DNA from: Kiritimatiellia bacterium | GTDB lineage: Bacteria; Verrucomicrobiota; Kiritimatiellia; RFP12; UBA1067 | Assembly (NCBI GenBank): GCA_024405395.1 | Contig: JAKSOW010000001.1 | Coordinates: 6,277 to 70,276 of the forward strand | Length of the DNA stretch: 64,000 nucleotides | Reading direction: 5' to 3' | In this document: positions 27,253 to 36,400 of the stretch, in pieces | Position numbering within the stretch: the first letter of the stretch is position 1 | Layout of the letters: each line of letters starts with the position of its first letter | Notes under the pieces: model-generated | Told to the model about the DNA's origin: nothing | The model's input: only the letters and a program-made list of their open reading frames with translations | Databases searched by the model: none | Made by a program: the position numbers and the translations under genes

Positions 27253-28620
27253 ATGGGTCTTGTCAATAAAGTAGCTTGCATGGCATGCGCCATGTTGGGA
27301 GTCGCCGTGACCGCAGAAGCTGCGGACATCTATGTTTCGTTGGATGCCGGAAAGAACAAGAATCCCGGAACGAAGGAATCTCCGCTCAAGAATCTCTGGA
27401 AGGCGCTCGAGAAGGCGGAACATGGCGATGTCATCCATGTGGCCGAGGGCATCTATCCCGGCAAGATGAAGCAGAGCTGGTTCAAGATCGACAAGGCCGT
27501 CTCCATCATCGGCGGCTATGCGAAGGACTTTTCGGCCCGTCAGCCGCTCGTCCACAAGACGATGTTCCAGGCGCTGAACGACAACAACGACAAGAAGGGC
27601 AATGGCCTTGGCGTGTTCCACGTCGAGTTCGACCACACCAAGCCCGAGCCCGACGGCGTCAACATGGTTTTCGACGGTCTCATCTTCGATGAGGGCTTCG
27701 CGAATTCCTACCATGAGACCAAGGGCAAGCCCGAGGGGTTCGACACCGGCATGTGGCTGGAGGGCCCGGCATGGAACAAGAACCGCGACAAGTTCCCGTC
27801 CCCCAATCGCTATCTCGTCTATTCGGCTACGCAGAACCGTGCCACGGGCAATGTGACGTTCAAGAACTGCTCGTTCGTCAACTCCGGCAACATTGCGCTC
27901 AACTTCACGTGGTACAAGGGCAAGGTCACGGTCGAGAACTGCGTGTTCTGCAACAACCGCATGATTGGCGCCAACGTGCTCTGCTCGTCGGCGGTGCCGA
28001 TGGACGGCCCCAACAAGCCTCGTGCCGGCTGGAAGCCCGTCGTCGAATGGGAGTTCGCGCACAACACGGTGCTCTTCACCTGGAGCCGCCTCAACGATCT
28101 CGGCGACATGGGCTTCGGCATCCGCAACAACACGGGCGTCAAGGCCAACATCCATGACAACGTGATCGGCCTGAACGTCCTCACGGGCTTCGACAACACG
28201 AAGGGTGCCGGCAAGACGAAGATCACCAACCTCGACAACAACATCTTCTTCCTCAACCGCGAAAGCGATGTCCAGATGACGGTCTCGCCTTCGATCGCCA
28301 AGGTTCGTGTGGATGGCTTCGAGGATCTCGAGGGCACGGATGGCATCGAGTCCATCGAGGACAATGCGGACCTCAAGGATCCGTCCGTGTTCAAGGGCCG
28401 CCTCAATGCGAAGTACCTGAATTCCTTCCTCTCGATGAAGTACTCCGAGAAGACGAAGCTCGACGAGGGCAAGTGCAACGGGCTCCGTTCCGTCCTGGGT
28501 CTGCCGCTGCAGGGCACGATCACGACTAAGTGCGACATGTTCTGCAACCGCTATCCGCTTGAGGATGCCCTCAAGCTCTTCGGTGCGATCGCCGGCAAGG
28601 GTGCGCAGGACATCAAGTAA
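27253..28620 (+). CDS. secreted right-handed parallel beta-helix protein (pectate-lyase-fold, DUF1565-like N-terminus)
   Basis: The signal peptide is MGLVNKVACMACAMLGVAVTAEA. SPLKNLWKALEKAEHGDVIHVAEGIY is typical of the DUF1565 beta-helix N-cap. NxxFxN-type repeat rungs are present. The antisense ORF 27232..28968 is rejected. Confidence 0.85.
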   Translation: MGLVNKVACMACAMLGVAVTAEAADIYVSLDAGKNKNPGTKESPLKNLWKALEKAEHGDVIHVAEGIYPGKMKQSWFKIDKAVSIIGGYAKDFSARQPLVHKTMFQALNDNNDKKGNGLGVFHVEFDHTKPEPDGVNMVFDGLIFDEGFANSYHETKGKPEGFDTGMWLEGPAWNKNRDKFPSPNRYLVYSATQNRATGNVTFKNCSFVNSGNIALNFTWYKGKVTVENCVFCNNRMIGANVLCSSAVPMDGPNKPRAGWKPVVEWEFAHNTVLFTWSRLNDLGDMGFGIRNNTGVKANIHDNVIGLNVLTGFDNTKGAGKTKITNLDNNIFFLNRESDVQMTVSPSIAKVRVDGFEDLEGTDGIESIEDNADLKDPSVFKGRLNAKYLNSFLSMKYSEKTKLDEGKCNGLRSVLGLPLQGTITTKCDMFCNRYPLEDALKLFGAIAGKGAQDIK

Positions 28621-28765
28621 GATGGCGGGAATGTCCTTCACGAACGCCGCCCATTTCATTTGAGTTGTGCAGTGGGCGTGACGGCTGCCCGTCGGGGCAG
28701 CCGTCAACAGTTTGGGGTCGTGGAGATAAAGCGCATGAGGGCGCAATCCCCAAGAGGATGGCGAG

Positions 28766-30853
28766 ATGATAGTAGACAAAGTGAAATGGGGCGCAGGCTG
28801 TCTCATTGAAATCGCCGTGCTGCTGGCGGTTAGCGTGGTGTTCACCCAGGAGCAGCTGAACGCCTGCATCAGGTTCATGGTCATCCTCGCGATTCCGTCG
28901 TGGCTGCTGCGGCACTTTCTCTTCACGGAGCGCACGCCCGATTGGCTGCGCATGCTGTTCGGTCCCATGGGGCTGCTGCTGTGCGTTGTCCTGGGCTACT
29001 TCATTCCAATCTCGGTTTCGAACGCGGCGGATCCCGAAAACGTGGGCGGCAAGGCGGCGGAGACCGTCGAAACCAAAAAGGATGCCGAGCCGCCGGAATC
29101 GGCCGAGGCTGTGCTCGCCCAGCTTGATGATCTCGTTGGCCTTGAGGGCGTCAAGGCCGAGGTGAAGAAGATCGTCAATCTCGTCAAGATCAACGAAGCC
29201 CGCAAGGCCCAGGGCCTCAAGGTGCCGCCCATGACCTACCACATGGTCTTCACCGGCAATCCCGGAACGGGCAAGACCACGGTGGCTCGCCTCGTTGCGC
29301 GTGCGTTCGTGGCGTTGGGCATCATCGGAAACAGGACGATCGTCGAGGTTGACCGCTCGTCGCTGGTCGGACGCTACATGGGCGAGACGTCGGTGAAGAC
29401 GAACCAGAAGATCGATGAGGCCATGGGCATCAGGCCCAGGTTCGACAAGTCCGGCAAGCCCGTCGAGCTGACGGCCGAGCAGCGCATCCGCGAAACGGAA
29501 AAGGCCCCGGGCGGCGTGCTGTTCGTCGACGAAGCCTATCAGCTCGTGAACGGCGACAACGACGACTACGGCAAGGAGGCGATTGCCACGATACTCAAGC
29601 GGATGGAGGACAACCGCGACAAGCTGATCGTGATCGCCGCCGGCTACACGGATGAGATGCGCGACTTCCTGGACGCGAACTCCGGTCTTCGCAGCCGTTT
29701 TGCGCGCACGATCGAGTTCGCCGACTACACGGCCGTCGAACTCGCGAAGATCTTTCGGTCGATGGCCAAGAAGAACCAGTTCACGCTGGCGGAGGATCTG
29801 GACAAGGGCCTGGGGGCGGCCATCGAGAAACTCACGAAGAAGCGCGACCGCACATTTGGCAACGCCCGTTTCATCCGTCAGCTCTTCGAGGACGCCACGG
29901 GCCGCCAGGCCAACCGGCTGGCCGAGGCGGGGAAGATGGACGCCGCTGCGCTCACCACGCTCACGCTGGCCGATCTTGGTCTGAAGGAGAAGAAGGAAGA
30001 CGTGCGTGCGCCCACGATCGAGGAAGTGCTGGCCGAGCTCGATTCGCTCACGGGCATGCAGCCCGTCAAGGACGAGATTCGCCGCCTCATCGCCTCCTGC
30101 CGAGCCAACAAGCTGCGTGAGGAGAAGGGCGTTGAGGGCAATGTCACGATGAGCTACAACTTCGTCTTCACCGGCAACCCCGGCACAGGCAAGACCACCG
30201 TGGCCCGCATTCTCGGCAAAGCGTTTCGCGCCCTGGGGATTCTTGATCGCGCAAACTTCGTGGAGACGGATCGCTCGGGACTCGTCGCCAAGTACGAGGG
30301 GCAGACGGCTCTGAAGACGAACCGCCTGATCGATTCGGCCAAGGGCGGCATCCTGTTCATCGACGAAGCCTATCAGCTGAATCAGGGCGAGAACGACCAG
30401 TTCGGCTCCGAGGCGGTCGCCACGCTCCTCAAGCGCATGGAGGACTCGCGGGGATCGATGGTCGTGATCATCGCCGGCTACAAGGAGGAGATGAAGAAGT
30501 TCATGGCGATCAACTCCGGTCTCGAAAGCCGGTTCAACCGCACAATCGAATTTCCCGATTTCACCACCAAGGAGCTGGGCACCATCTTCCGCAGCATGGC
30601 CAAGAAGGGGAAGTACAAACTCTCGGCGGACGTGGAACACTGGTTGAATCCCTACATCGCCATGCTCACGAAGAAGAAGAGCAAGGCCTTCGGCAATGCG
30701 CGCTGGGTGCGCAATCTCTTCGAGAAGTCGGTCGAGCGCCAGTCGCTGCGCATCGTCGACCTGAAGGATCCCTCGGCCGAGGAGCTCGTCACGTTGCGTC
30801 TGAAGGATGTTGGCATTTCGCTCAAGGATCCCAATGCCTCGGCTGAGGACTAG
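28766..30853 (+). CDS. membrane-anchored tandem AAA+ ATPase of the CbbX/SpoVK/EccA-type (two complete modules)
   Basis: The N-terminus has 2-3 TM helices. Two modules each carry Walker A VFTGNPGTGKTTVAR, Walker B VLFVDEAY / ILFIDEAY, and the arginine-finger region GLRSRFARTIEF / GLESRFNRTIEF. The RBS is AGAGGA. The antisense ORF 28613..30640 is rejected. Confidence 0.9.
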   Translation: MIVDKVKWGAGCLIEIAVLLAVSVVFTQEQLNACIRFMVILAIPSWLLRHFLFTERTPDWLRMLFGPMGLLLCVVLGYFIPISVSNAADPENVGGKAAETVETKKDAEPPESAEAVLAQLDDLVGLEGVKAEVKKIVNLVKINEARKAQGLKVPPMTYHMVFTGNPGTGKTTVARLVARAFVALGIIGNRTIVEVDRSSLVGRYMGETSVKTNQKIDEAMGIRPRFDKSGKPVELTAEQRIRETEKAPGGVLFVDEAYQLVNGDNDDYGKEAIATILKRMEDNRDKLIVIAAGYTDEMRDFLDANSGLRSRFARTIEFADYTAVELAKIFRSMAKKNQFTLAEDLDKGLGAAIEKLTKKRDRTFGNARFIRQLFEDATGRQANRLAEAGKMDAAALTTLTLADLGLKEKKEDVRAPTIEEVLAELDSLTGMQPVKDEIRRLIASCRANKLREEKGVEGNVTMSYNFVFTGNPGTGKTTVARILGKAFRALGILDRANFVETDRSGLVAKYEGQTALKTNRLIDSAKGGILFIDEAYQLNQGENDQFGSEAVATLLKRMEDSRGSMVVIIAGYKEEMKKFMAINSGLESRFNRTIEFPDFTTKELGTIFRSMAKKGKYKLSADVEHWLNPYIAMLTKKKSKAFGNARWVRNLFEKSVERQSLRIVDLKDPSAEELVTLRLKDVGISLKDPNASAED

Positions 30854-30932
30854 GCTCGTTGTGCGATAGGATGAATTTTAATAGTTGAAAACAAATCGGC
30901 ATGCGGTCATCCGCAGAAAGGCAGAAAGAAGA

Positions 30933-32099
30933 ATGGCAGTTACAGAAACGACAACCGTGTCCTGGGGTTCACGGCTTGGAAGCTCCATCAAGGGCGTGCT
31001 CTTTGGGTTGGTGCTTTTTGGCGTGGGCTTCCCCGTCCTCTTCTGGAACGAGGGCAATTCGGTCAAGACGGCCAAGGCGCTGGACGAGGGCGAAGGCGCC
31101 TGCATCCCCGTCGAGTCGAATGCGAAGATCGATGCGGAGATGGAAGGCCAGCTCGTGCACATGACGGGCATGGCGGACACCAAGGACGTGCTGACGGACG
31201 ACGCCTTCGGCATCTCCACGACGGCCATCGCCCTCTCCCGTGAGACGGAGATGTACCAGTGGGAGGAGGAGAGCCACACCACCGAGAAGAAGAACATGGG
31301 CGGCAGCGTCACGAAGACCACCACCTACACCTACAAGCAGGTGTGGTCGAGCCGGGCGATCGACTCCAGCAACTTCAAGGAAGCGGGCCACGACAACCCG
31401 GGCTTCATCGAATTCCCCTCCGAGGACAAGCGGGCGGCCAACGTCTCGTTCGGCGCTTTCCAGCTGAACGAAAAGCAGATCGGCCGCATCGGCTCCGCCC
31501 AGGCCTATCAGCTCCCCACCGGCTTCGTGTGCAAGGTTGCGCGCGTGCAGTATCAGGGGCAGTACATTCTCGTGCCGAACAAGGCCACCCGCGAGAACGC
31601 GCTCAACAACCGTGACGTGGCGTCGCAGCCGCGGGTGGGCGACATGCGCGTTTCCTTCAAGGTGATCCAGCCCCACAAGATCTCCATCGTCGCCAAGCAG
31701 CGGGGGAATTCCTTCGTGGGCTATCTGGCGAAGACGAAGAAGAAGGTGGACCTGCTGCAGGATGGCGTCGTCGATCTGCCGGAGATGTTCGAGGCGGCCC
31801 GTGATGCGAATGCGCTCCTGACCTGGCTGCTGCGTCTGGGCGGATTCCTCCTGATGTATGTCGGCCTCAGCATGGTCTTCAGGCCGCTGTCGGTTCTGGC
31901 GGATGTGCTGCCGATCCTCGGCGACATCGTTGGCATGGGCACGGGTCTCGTGGCCGGCGTCATCGCCCTCGTCTGCGCATTGGTGACAATCGCCATTGCC
32001 TGGATCTTCTACCGTCCCGTGCTGGCGATTGCGCTGCTCGTGGCGGCGGGTGCGCTGGTCTTCTTCATCATCAAGAAGAAGGCCGGGGCCAAGAAGTAG
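30933..32099 (+). CDS. TMEM43 (LUMA) family membrane protein, bacterial homologue (DUF1625-type)
   Basis: The track ORF begins at TTG 30885; the ATG at 30933 is more likely. Block-by-block similarity to human TMEM43: [15 protein letters not shown] vs [24 protein letters not shown] vs [19 protein letters not shown] vs [37 protein letters not shown] vs [36 protein letters not shown] vs [19 protein letters not shown] vs [26 protein letters not shown] vs WLFYRPLWALLIAG. One N-terminal and three C-terminal TM helices. Confidence 0.88.
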   Translation: [388 protein letters not shown]

Positions 32100-32130
32100 T
32101 CTGCGTCTGTCGCAGCATAAGGACTGATGG

Positions 32131-34035
32131 ATGTCGATCCGTTCCTTTAGGCGACTGATCATGGTGCTGGGCCTCGGCGTTTCTGCCGGGGCCCTCTCGC
32201 TCCACGGAGAGGTCGTAATCGAGAATGCCGCCTGCCGCCTGGTCATTTCCGATGCGGCGGAGGCCACTTCCCTTGTCGTGAAGGCCACCGGCGAAGAGTG
32301 TCTGGCGACGGATGTCGCCATTCCCTTCGCGTCGATTCTCCAGAACCGGCCCTACGACAACGAGCTCAAGCTGATCTACCCGGCCAAGTCTTGGCGTGTC
32401 CCCGCCAATCGGGTGACGCAGGAGGGCGACCTGCTCAAGCTCCGCTTCCGCGATGAGTTCTTCGTGCTGAAGGTTCGCGTGCGCCTCACGGATGACTACA
32501 TCGCCTTCACGCCCGAGGGCACCGACTACGAAGTGCCCGACTTCGGCGACAAGCGGCCGACGGAAATCGACGGCATCGAGTTTCTTCGCCTGCCGATCCG
32601 CTCGCGCACGCGCTATGGCAAATGCGCCAATGTCGCCTGGGACGAAAAGGCGGCGCTTGCCGTGATGGCGCTTGATCCCGCCACGGAAGTTTCGGGCGAC
32701 GTTCCGGAGGGCACGCGCAACTGGCGGCGGTTTGCCGCAGGCGCCGATGCGCGCATCGGCCTCTGGGAACATGGTGCCGCGCTTTTCGCCTGCCGTTCCG
32801 CGGAGTTCCTCGATCACGTTGATGCGCTTGAGCGCGACTACGATATGCCCAGGGGCGTGAAGATGCGCCGCGACCCGCTGCATCGGGCAAGCTACTGGTT
32901 CATGTCGGACATCTCACCTGCCAACATGCAGGAGCACATCGCCTGGATGAAGAAGGGCGGCTTCCGTCTGGGCGTCATTTCGTACACGGCCTTTGCGCGC
33001 ACCTGCGGACACTTTGACTGGCGAAGCTCCTACCCGAACGGAATGGATGACCTGAAGCGCGTGACCGGCGAAATGCGGAAGGCGGGCATCACGCCCGGCA
33101 TTCACATCCACTACTGCAAGGTGTCCACCAACGATCTCTACGTCACGAATGGCCGCCCGGATCCGCGGCTGGCCACGGCAAGTGAAGTCACGCTGGCGCG
33201 TGCCGTCGGCCCGGGCGACACGGAGTTCTTCGTGGAGGGCAATCCCGACGTCCTGCGCATGGAACGCGGGCGGCGGCTGATTCTCTTCGGGAACGAACTC
33301 GTCTCCTACGAAGGCGTCTCCTCGACACGCCCCTATCGGCTGACGGGCGTGGTGCGTGGTCTGCATGGCTCGCGGGCTGTGGCGCACGCCGCCCACGAAT
33401 ACGGCCGTCAGCCCGACGTCGATGATTGGCCCTATTTCATCCGCATCGATCCCCGGACGGATATCCAGGACGAAATCGCCGACCGCCTGGCCGCTATCAT
33501 TGACGGTGCTGGATTCGAGTTCATCTACTTTGATGGGGCGGAAGATGTGCCGCCGCCTTTCTGGCACTATGTCCCGATGGCCCAGCAGCGGGTCTGGAGC
33601 AAACTCAAGCGAAAGCCGCGGGCGGCCGAGGGCGCGCTCAAGAGCCATTGGGGCTGGCACATGCTCAGCCGCGGCAACGCCTTCGACTCCTTCATTCCGG
33701 AGCGGACGCGCAATGCCGCCGAGACCTACATCATCCCCTGCGCACGCGATGGGGCCGACGACTTCTCGGCGGTGAACTTCGGTTGGGTGCGGCCTTACTA
33801 CCCTGGTGAACGTCTCTGGCATCCGGCCACGAGTTTCCTCGTGAAGAATGCGCCGGTCAGCGTCACTCGGGGAACGACGGCGGAGGATCTCGACTACTTG
33901 TGTCAGGCGGCCGAACAGTGGAAGTGTCCGCTTTCGGTGAAGGGCGTATTGGGCGTCTTCCGGCAACATGCCGAGGCGGATGCACTCATGTCCGTGCTGA
34001 AGAAATGGGAGGACGAAAAGTGGATCACAAGGTGA
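32131..34035 (+). CDS. secreted hypothetical protein, possibly TIM-barrel glycoside-hydrolase-like
   Basis: The signal peptide is MSIRSFRRLIMVLGLGVSAGALS. The start is 31 nt after the TMEM43-like gene. No confidently recognised family. Motifs IHIHYCK and GFEFIYFDGAED suggest a hydrolase barrel. Confidence 0.75.
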   Translation: MSIRSFRRLIMVLGLGVSAGALSLHGEVVIENAACRLVISDAAEATSLVVKATGEECLATDVAIPFASILQNRPYDNELKLIYPAKSWRVPANRVTQEGDLLKLRFRDEFFVLKVRVRLTDDYIAFTPEGTDYEVPDFGDKRPTEIDGIEFLRLPIRSRTRYGKCANVAWDEKAALAVMALDPATEVSGDVPEGTRNWRRFAAGADARIGLWEHGAALFACRSAEFLDHVDALERDYDMPRGVKMRRDPLHRASYWFMSDISPANMQEHIAWMKKGGFRLGVISYTAFARTCGHFDWRSSYPNGMDDLKRVTGEMRKAGITPGIHIHYCKVSTNDLYVTNGRPDPRLATASEVTLARAVGPGDTEFFVEGNPDVLRMERGRRLILFGNELVSYEGVSSTRPYRLTGVVRGLHGSRAVAHAAHEYGRQPDVDDWPYFIRIDPRTDIQDEIADRLAAIIDGAGFEFIYFDGAEDVPPPFWHYVPMAQQRVWSKLKRKPRAAEGALKSHWGWHMLSRGNAFDSFIPERTRNAAETYIIPCARDGADDFSAVNFGWVRPYYPGERLWHPATSFLVKNAPVSVTRGTTAEDLDYLCQAAEQWKCPLSVKGVLGVFRQHAEADALMSVLKKWEDEKWITR

Positions 34036-34613
34036 TGGACATCCGCACCATGTTTGCGACGATGACGCCCGAGCAGATTCGGGAAGTGTCGCGTGAACGG
34101 GAACTGGACGAATGGCGTGCGGTGAATCGCTTCTGCGGCAAGTGCGGGGCGGCGATGCAGCCGCATGCCAATCCGGCGGAGCGTGCGTTCGTGTGCCCGA
34201 CCTGCGGGTACATGTCCTATCCCAAGCTCTCGCCGGCGGTGATTGCCCTGGTGGTGCGCGACGACAAGATCCTGCTGCAGCGGAACACGCACTACAAGAC
34301 CGCGAACTGGACGCTGGTGGCGGGCTTCGTGGATCCGGGCGAAAGTTTCGAGGAGGCCGTTCGCCGCGAAATCCATGAGGAGGCGTCGCTGGAAGTTGAG
34401 AACCTGCGCTACTTCGGTTCACAGACCTGGCCATTCCCCTCCAACATCATGGTGGCGTTCACGGCACGTTACGCCGGCGGTGAACTCAAGCCAGACGGTG
34501 AGGAAGTCGTCGAGTCGGGCTGGTTTGACCGCGACCATCTTCCGGCGATTCCCTACAAGGGCTCCATCGCCAGAAGGATGATCGATGCGTGGCTGGCAGG
34601 TGAAATCACCTGA
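34035..34613 (+). CDS. nudC: NADH pyrophosphatase-like Nudix hydrolase with zinc ribbon
   Basis: The zinc ribbon is CGKCG...CPTCG. The Nudix box is GFVDPGESFEEAVRREIHEEASL. The ATG overlaps the upstream stop (TGATG). The track ORF starts earlier (33900) inside the upstream gene. Confidence 0.8.
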   Translation: MDIRTMFATMTPEQIREVSRERELDEWRAVNRFCGKCGAAMQPHANPAERAFVCPTCGYMSYPKLSPAVIALVVRDDKILLQRNTHYKTANWTLVAGFVDPGESFEEAVRREIHEEASLEVENLRYFGSQTWPFPSNIMVAFTARYAGGELKPDGEEVVESGWFDRDHLPAIPYKGSIARRMIDAWLAGEIT

Positions 34614-34646
34614 AAAAGCGGCTTGTCCCAATGGGGAGGATTTTGA

Positions 34647-36392
34647 ATGGCGCACATTGAAAGATGGATTGTCGGGTTGGCGCTTGTGGCATGTGGGATG
34701 GCTCAGGCCATGACGTGTGCCACAAAGGGCGACTATCTGGATCTGATGGAGGCGGCGGTCTCCGCCTATGACGATGCGCACATTGCCGCCTACGTCGAGG
34801 CCGCCGATCGCGATGGCGTGCAGGAGCATGGCTTCCCGCGTCTGGTGGCGAATGTCGGCGTGCTGGTGGCGAACGGACGCCTGTCCGAAAGGCGCGATCT
34901 CTTCCGGCGCATGATGACGATTGCCTGCCGCGATGCGGCGAAGGGCAAGATGCCGCCGAAGTCGGGCGGCAACGAGTTCTCGGTGAAGGAACTGGTGGTT
35001 GCGCTCGTGGCCCTGGAGAAGTCGGGCACGTTCCCCAAAGCCGAGACCGACGCCTGGCGCAAGGCGTTGACATCAGTCGACGCGAAGCGCTGCTATTCGA
35101 AGCTGCCGAAATGCGGGGCGAAGCTCGCCAACAACTGGTGCATCTTCGGCTGCGCAAGCGAACAGGCGCGTCTTGCCGCCCGTTGCGGCGGTGATGCGCA
35201 GCACATCGAGATGTATGTCGCCGACCAGCTGCGTTGGTTTGACGAGAACGGCATGTACAAAGATCCCAATCAGCCGGCCGTCTACGACTTCGTGACGCGT
35301 CTGCAGTTTGCGATGGTTCTCCACTATGGCTACGACGGGCCGTCTCGCGAGAGGTTGGAGGGGCTCATGGCCAAGTCGGCCGAGCCCACGTTGGCGATGC
35401 TGTCGGCCTGCGGCGAGATCCCCTACGGTGGGCGCTCCAATCAGTTCCTCCACAACAACACCTTCTATTCGGCGCTCTGCGAATGGTATGCCGCAGGCTT
35501 CGCGAAACGGGGCGATCTCCGTCAGGCCGCCCGTTTCCGCCGAGCCGCGAAGAAGTCGGTTGATGCGGTGCGCGAGTGGCTGGCCGTCAGGCCGATGCGT
35601 CACGTGAAGAACCTCTATCCGCGGAAGTCCGGCAAGGAGGTCTATTCCAGGGAAGCCGACATGGGCTGTGAGCGCTACGCCTATTTCAACAAGTACATGG
35701 TGACCATGGGCTCCTGGGCGATGAGCGCCTGGCTCTTTGCCGAGGATGTGGCCAAAGAACTTCCGGAGGAGGCCGAGGTCGCGGCGTCTTCGTTCCGGAC
35801 TTCTGACGACTTCCATTTCTTCTTCCTGAAGGCCGGCGACTATTCGGCCCAGTTCGATCCCAATGCCAACAGGACCTACGATGCCGATGGCCTGGGCCGA
35901 ATCTGCCGCAAGGGCGCCCCGGCGGCAATCTGCCTGTCGGTGCCGTGTGCGGTGAACCCGCACTATCGCATCGAGACGCCCAACGACGCTCCGCTCACCA
36001 TCGCCCCGGTTGCGAAGGGCGACCTCCAGCTTTCCTGCACGCGCTTCGGCAACGACGACAAGTCTGCCTGGGCCGACTGGAAATCGGCCGCCGGCGAATG
36101 GAGGAACACCCTCACCGGGCAGGGACTGGAGATGACGCTTGAAGGCGCTGGCCCCGTGGCGCTCGCGTTGCCTGCCTTTGCCTTCGATGGCGAATGCGAA
36201 ACGCGAATCGACTGCAAGGACACGACCCTTGCGATTGCCTACAGGGGCTGGCGCTGCGTGTACACGGTCAAGGCGGGAACGATCGTGGACACGGGACGGG
36301 TGGCCTGCAACCGCAACGGACGCTATCGCCGCTTTGAGTTACGTGGCGATGGACGCGTGGCCGCCTCGGTCACGATTGAGCGCATCCGCTAG
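34647..36392 (+). CDS. secreted hypothetical protein (mostly alpha-helical; possible alpha/alpha-toroid glycosidase/lyase-like)
   Basis: The signal peptide is MAHIERWIVGLALVACGMAQA and the RBS is GGGGAGGA. No family recognised with confidence. The antisense ORF 35073..35963 is rejected. Confidence 0.75.
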   Translation: MAHIERWIVGLALVACGMAQAMTCATKGDYLDLMEAAVSAYDDAHIAAYVEAADRDGVQEHGFPRLVANVGVLVANGRLSERRDLFRRMMTIACRDAAKGKMPPKSGGNEFSVKELVVALVALEKSGTFPKAETDAWRKALTSVDAKRCYSKLPKCGAKLANNWCIFGCASEQARLAARCGGDAQHIEMYVADQLRWFDENGMYKDPNQPAVYDFVTRLQFAMVLHYGYDGPSRERLEGLMAKSAEPTLAMLSACGEIPYGGRSNQFLHNNTFYSALCEWYAAGFAKRGDLRQAARFRRAAKKSVDAVREWLAVRPMRHVKNLYPRKSGKEVYSREADMGCERYAYFNKYMVTMGSWAMSAWLFAEDVAKELPEEAEVAASSFRTSDDFHFFFLKAGDYSAQFDPNANRTYDADGLGRICRKGAPAAICLSVPCAVNPHYRIETPNDAPLTIAPVAKGDLQLSCTRFGNDDKSAWADWKSAAGEWRNTLTGQGLEMTLEGAGPVALALPAFAFDGECETRIDCKDTTLAIAYRGWRCVYTVKAGTIVDTGRVACNRNGRYRRFELRGDGRVAASVTIERIR

Positions 36393-36400
36393 CGTTCCGC

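Noticed and set aside
27232-34434. Minus-strand ORFs 27232..28968, 28613..30640, 30969..32321, 32071..32883 and 32914..34434, antisense to the beta-helix, AAA, TMEM43 and secreted-protein genes
   Set aside because: All are low-complexity antisense frames. The plus-strand genes have Walker motifs, TMEM43 homology and signal peptides.
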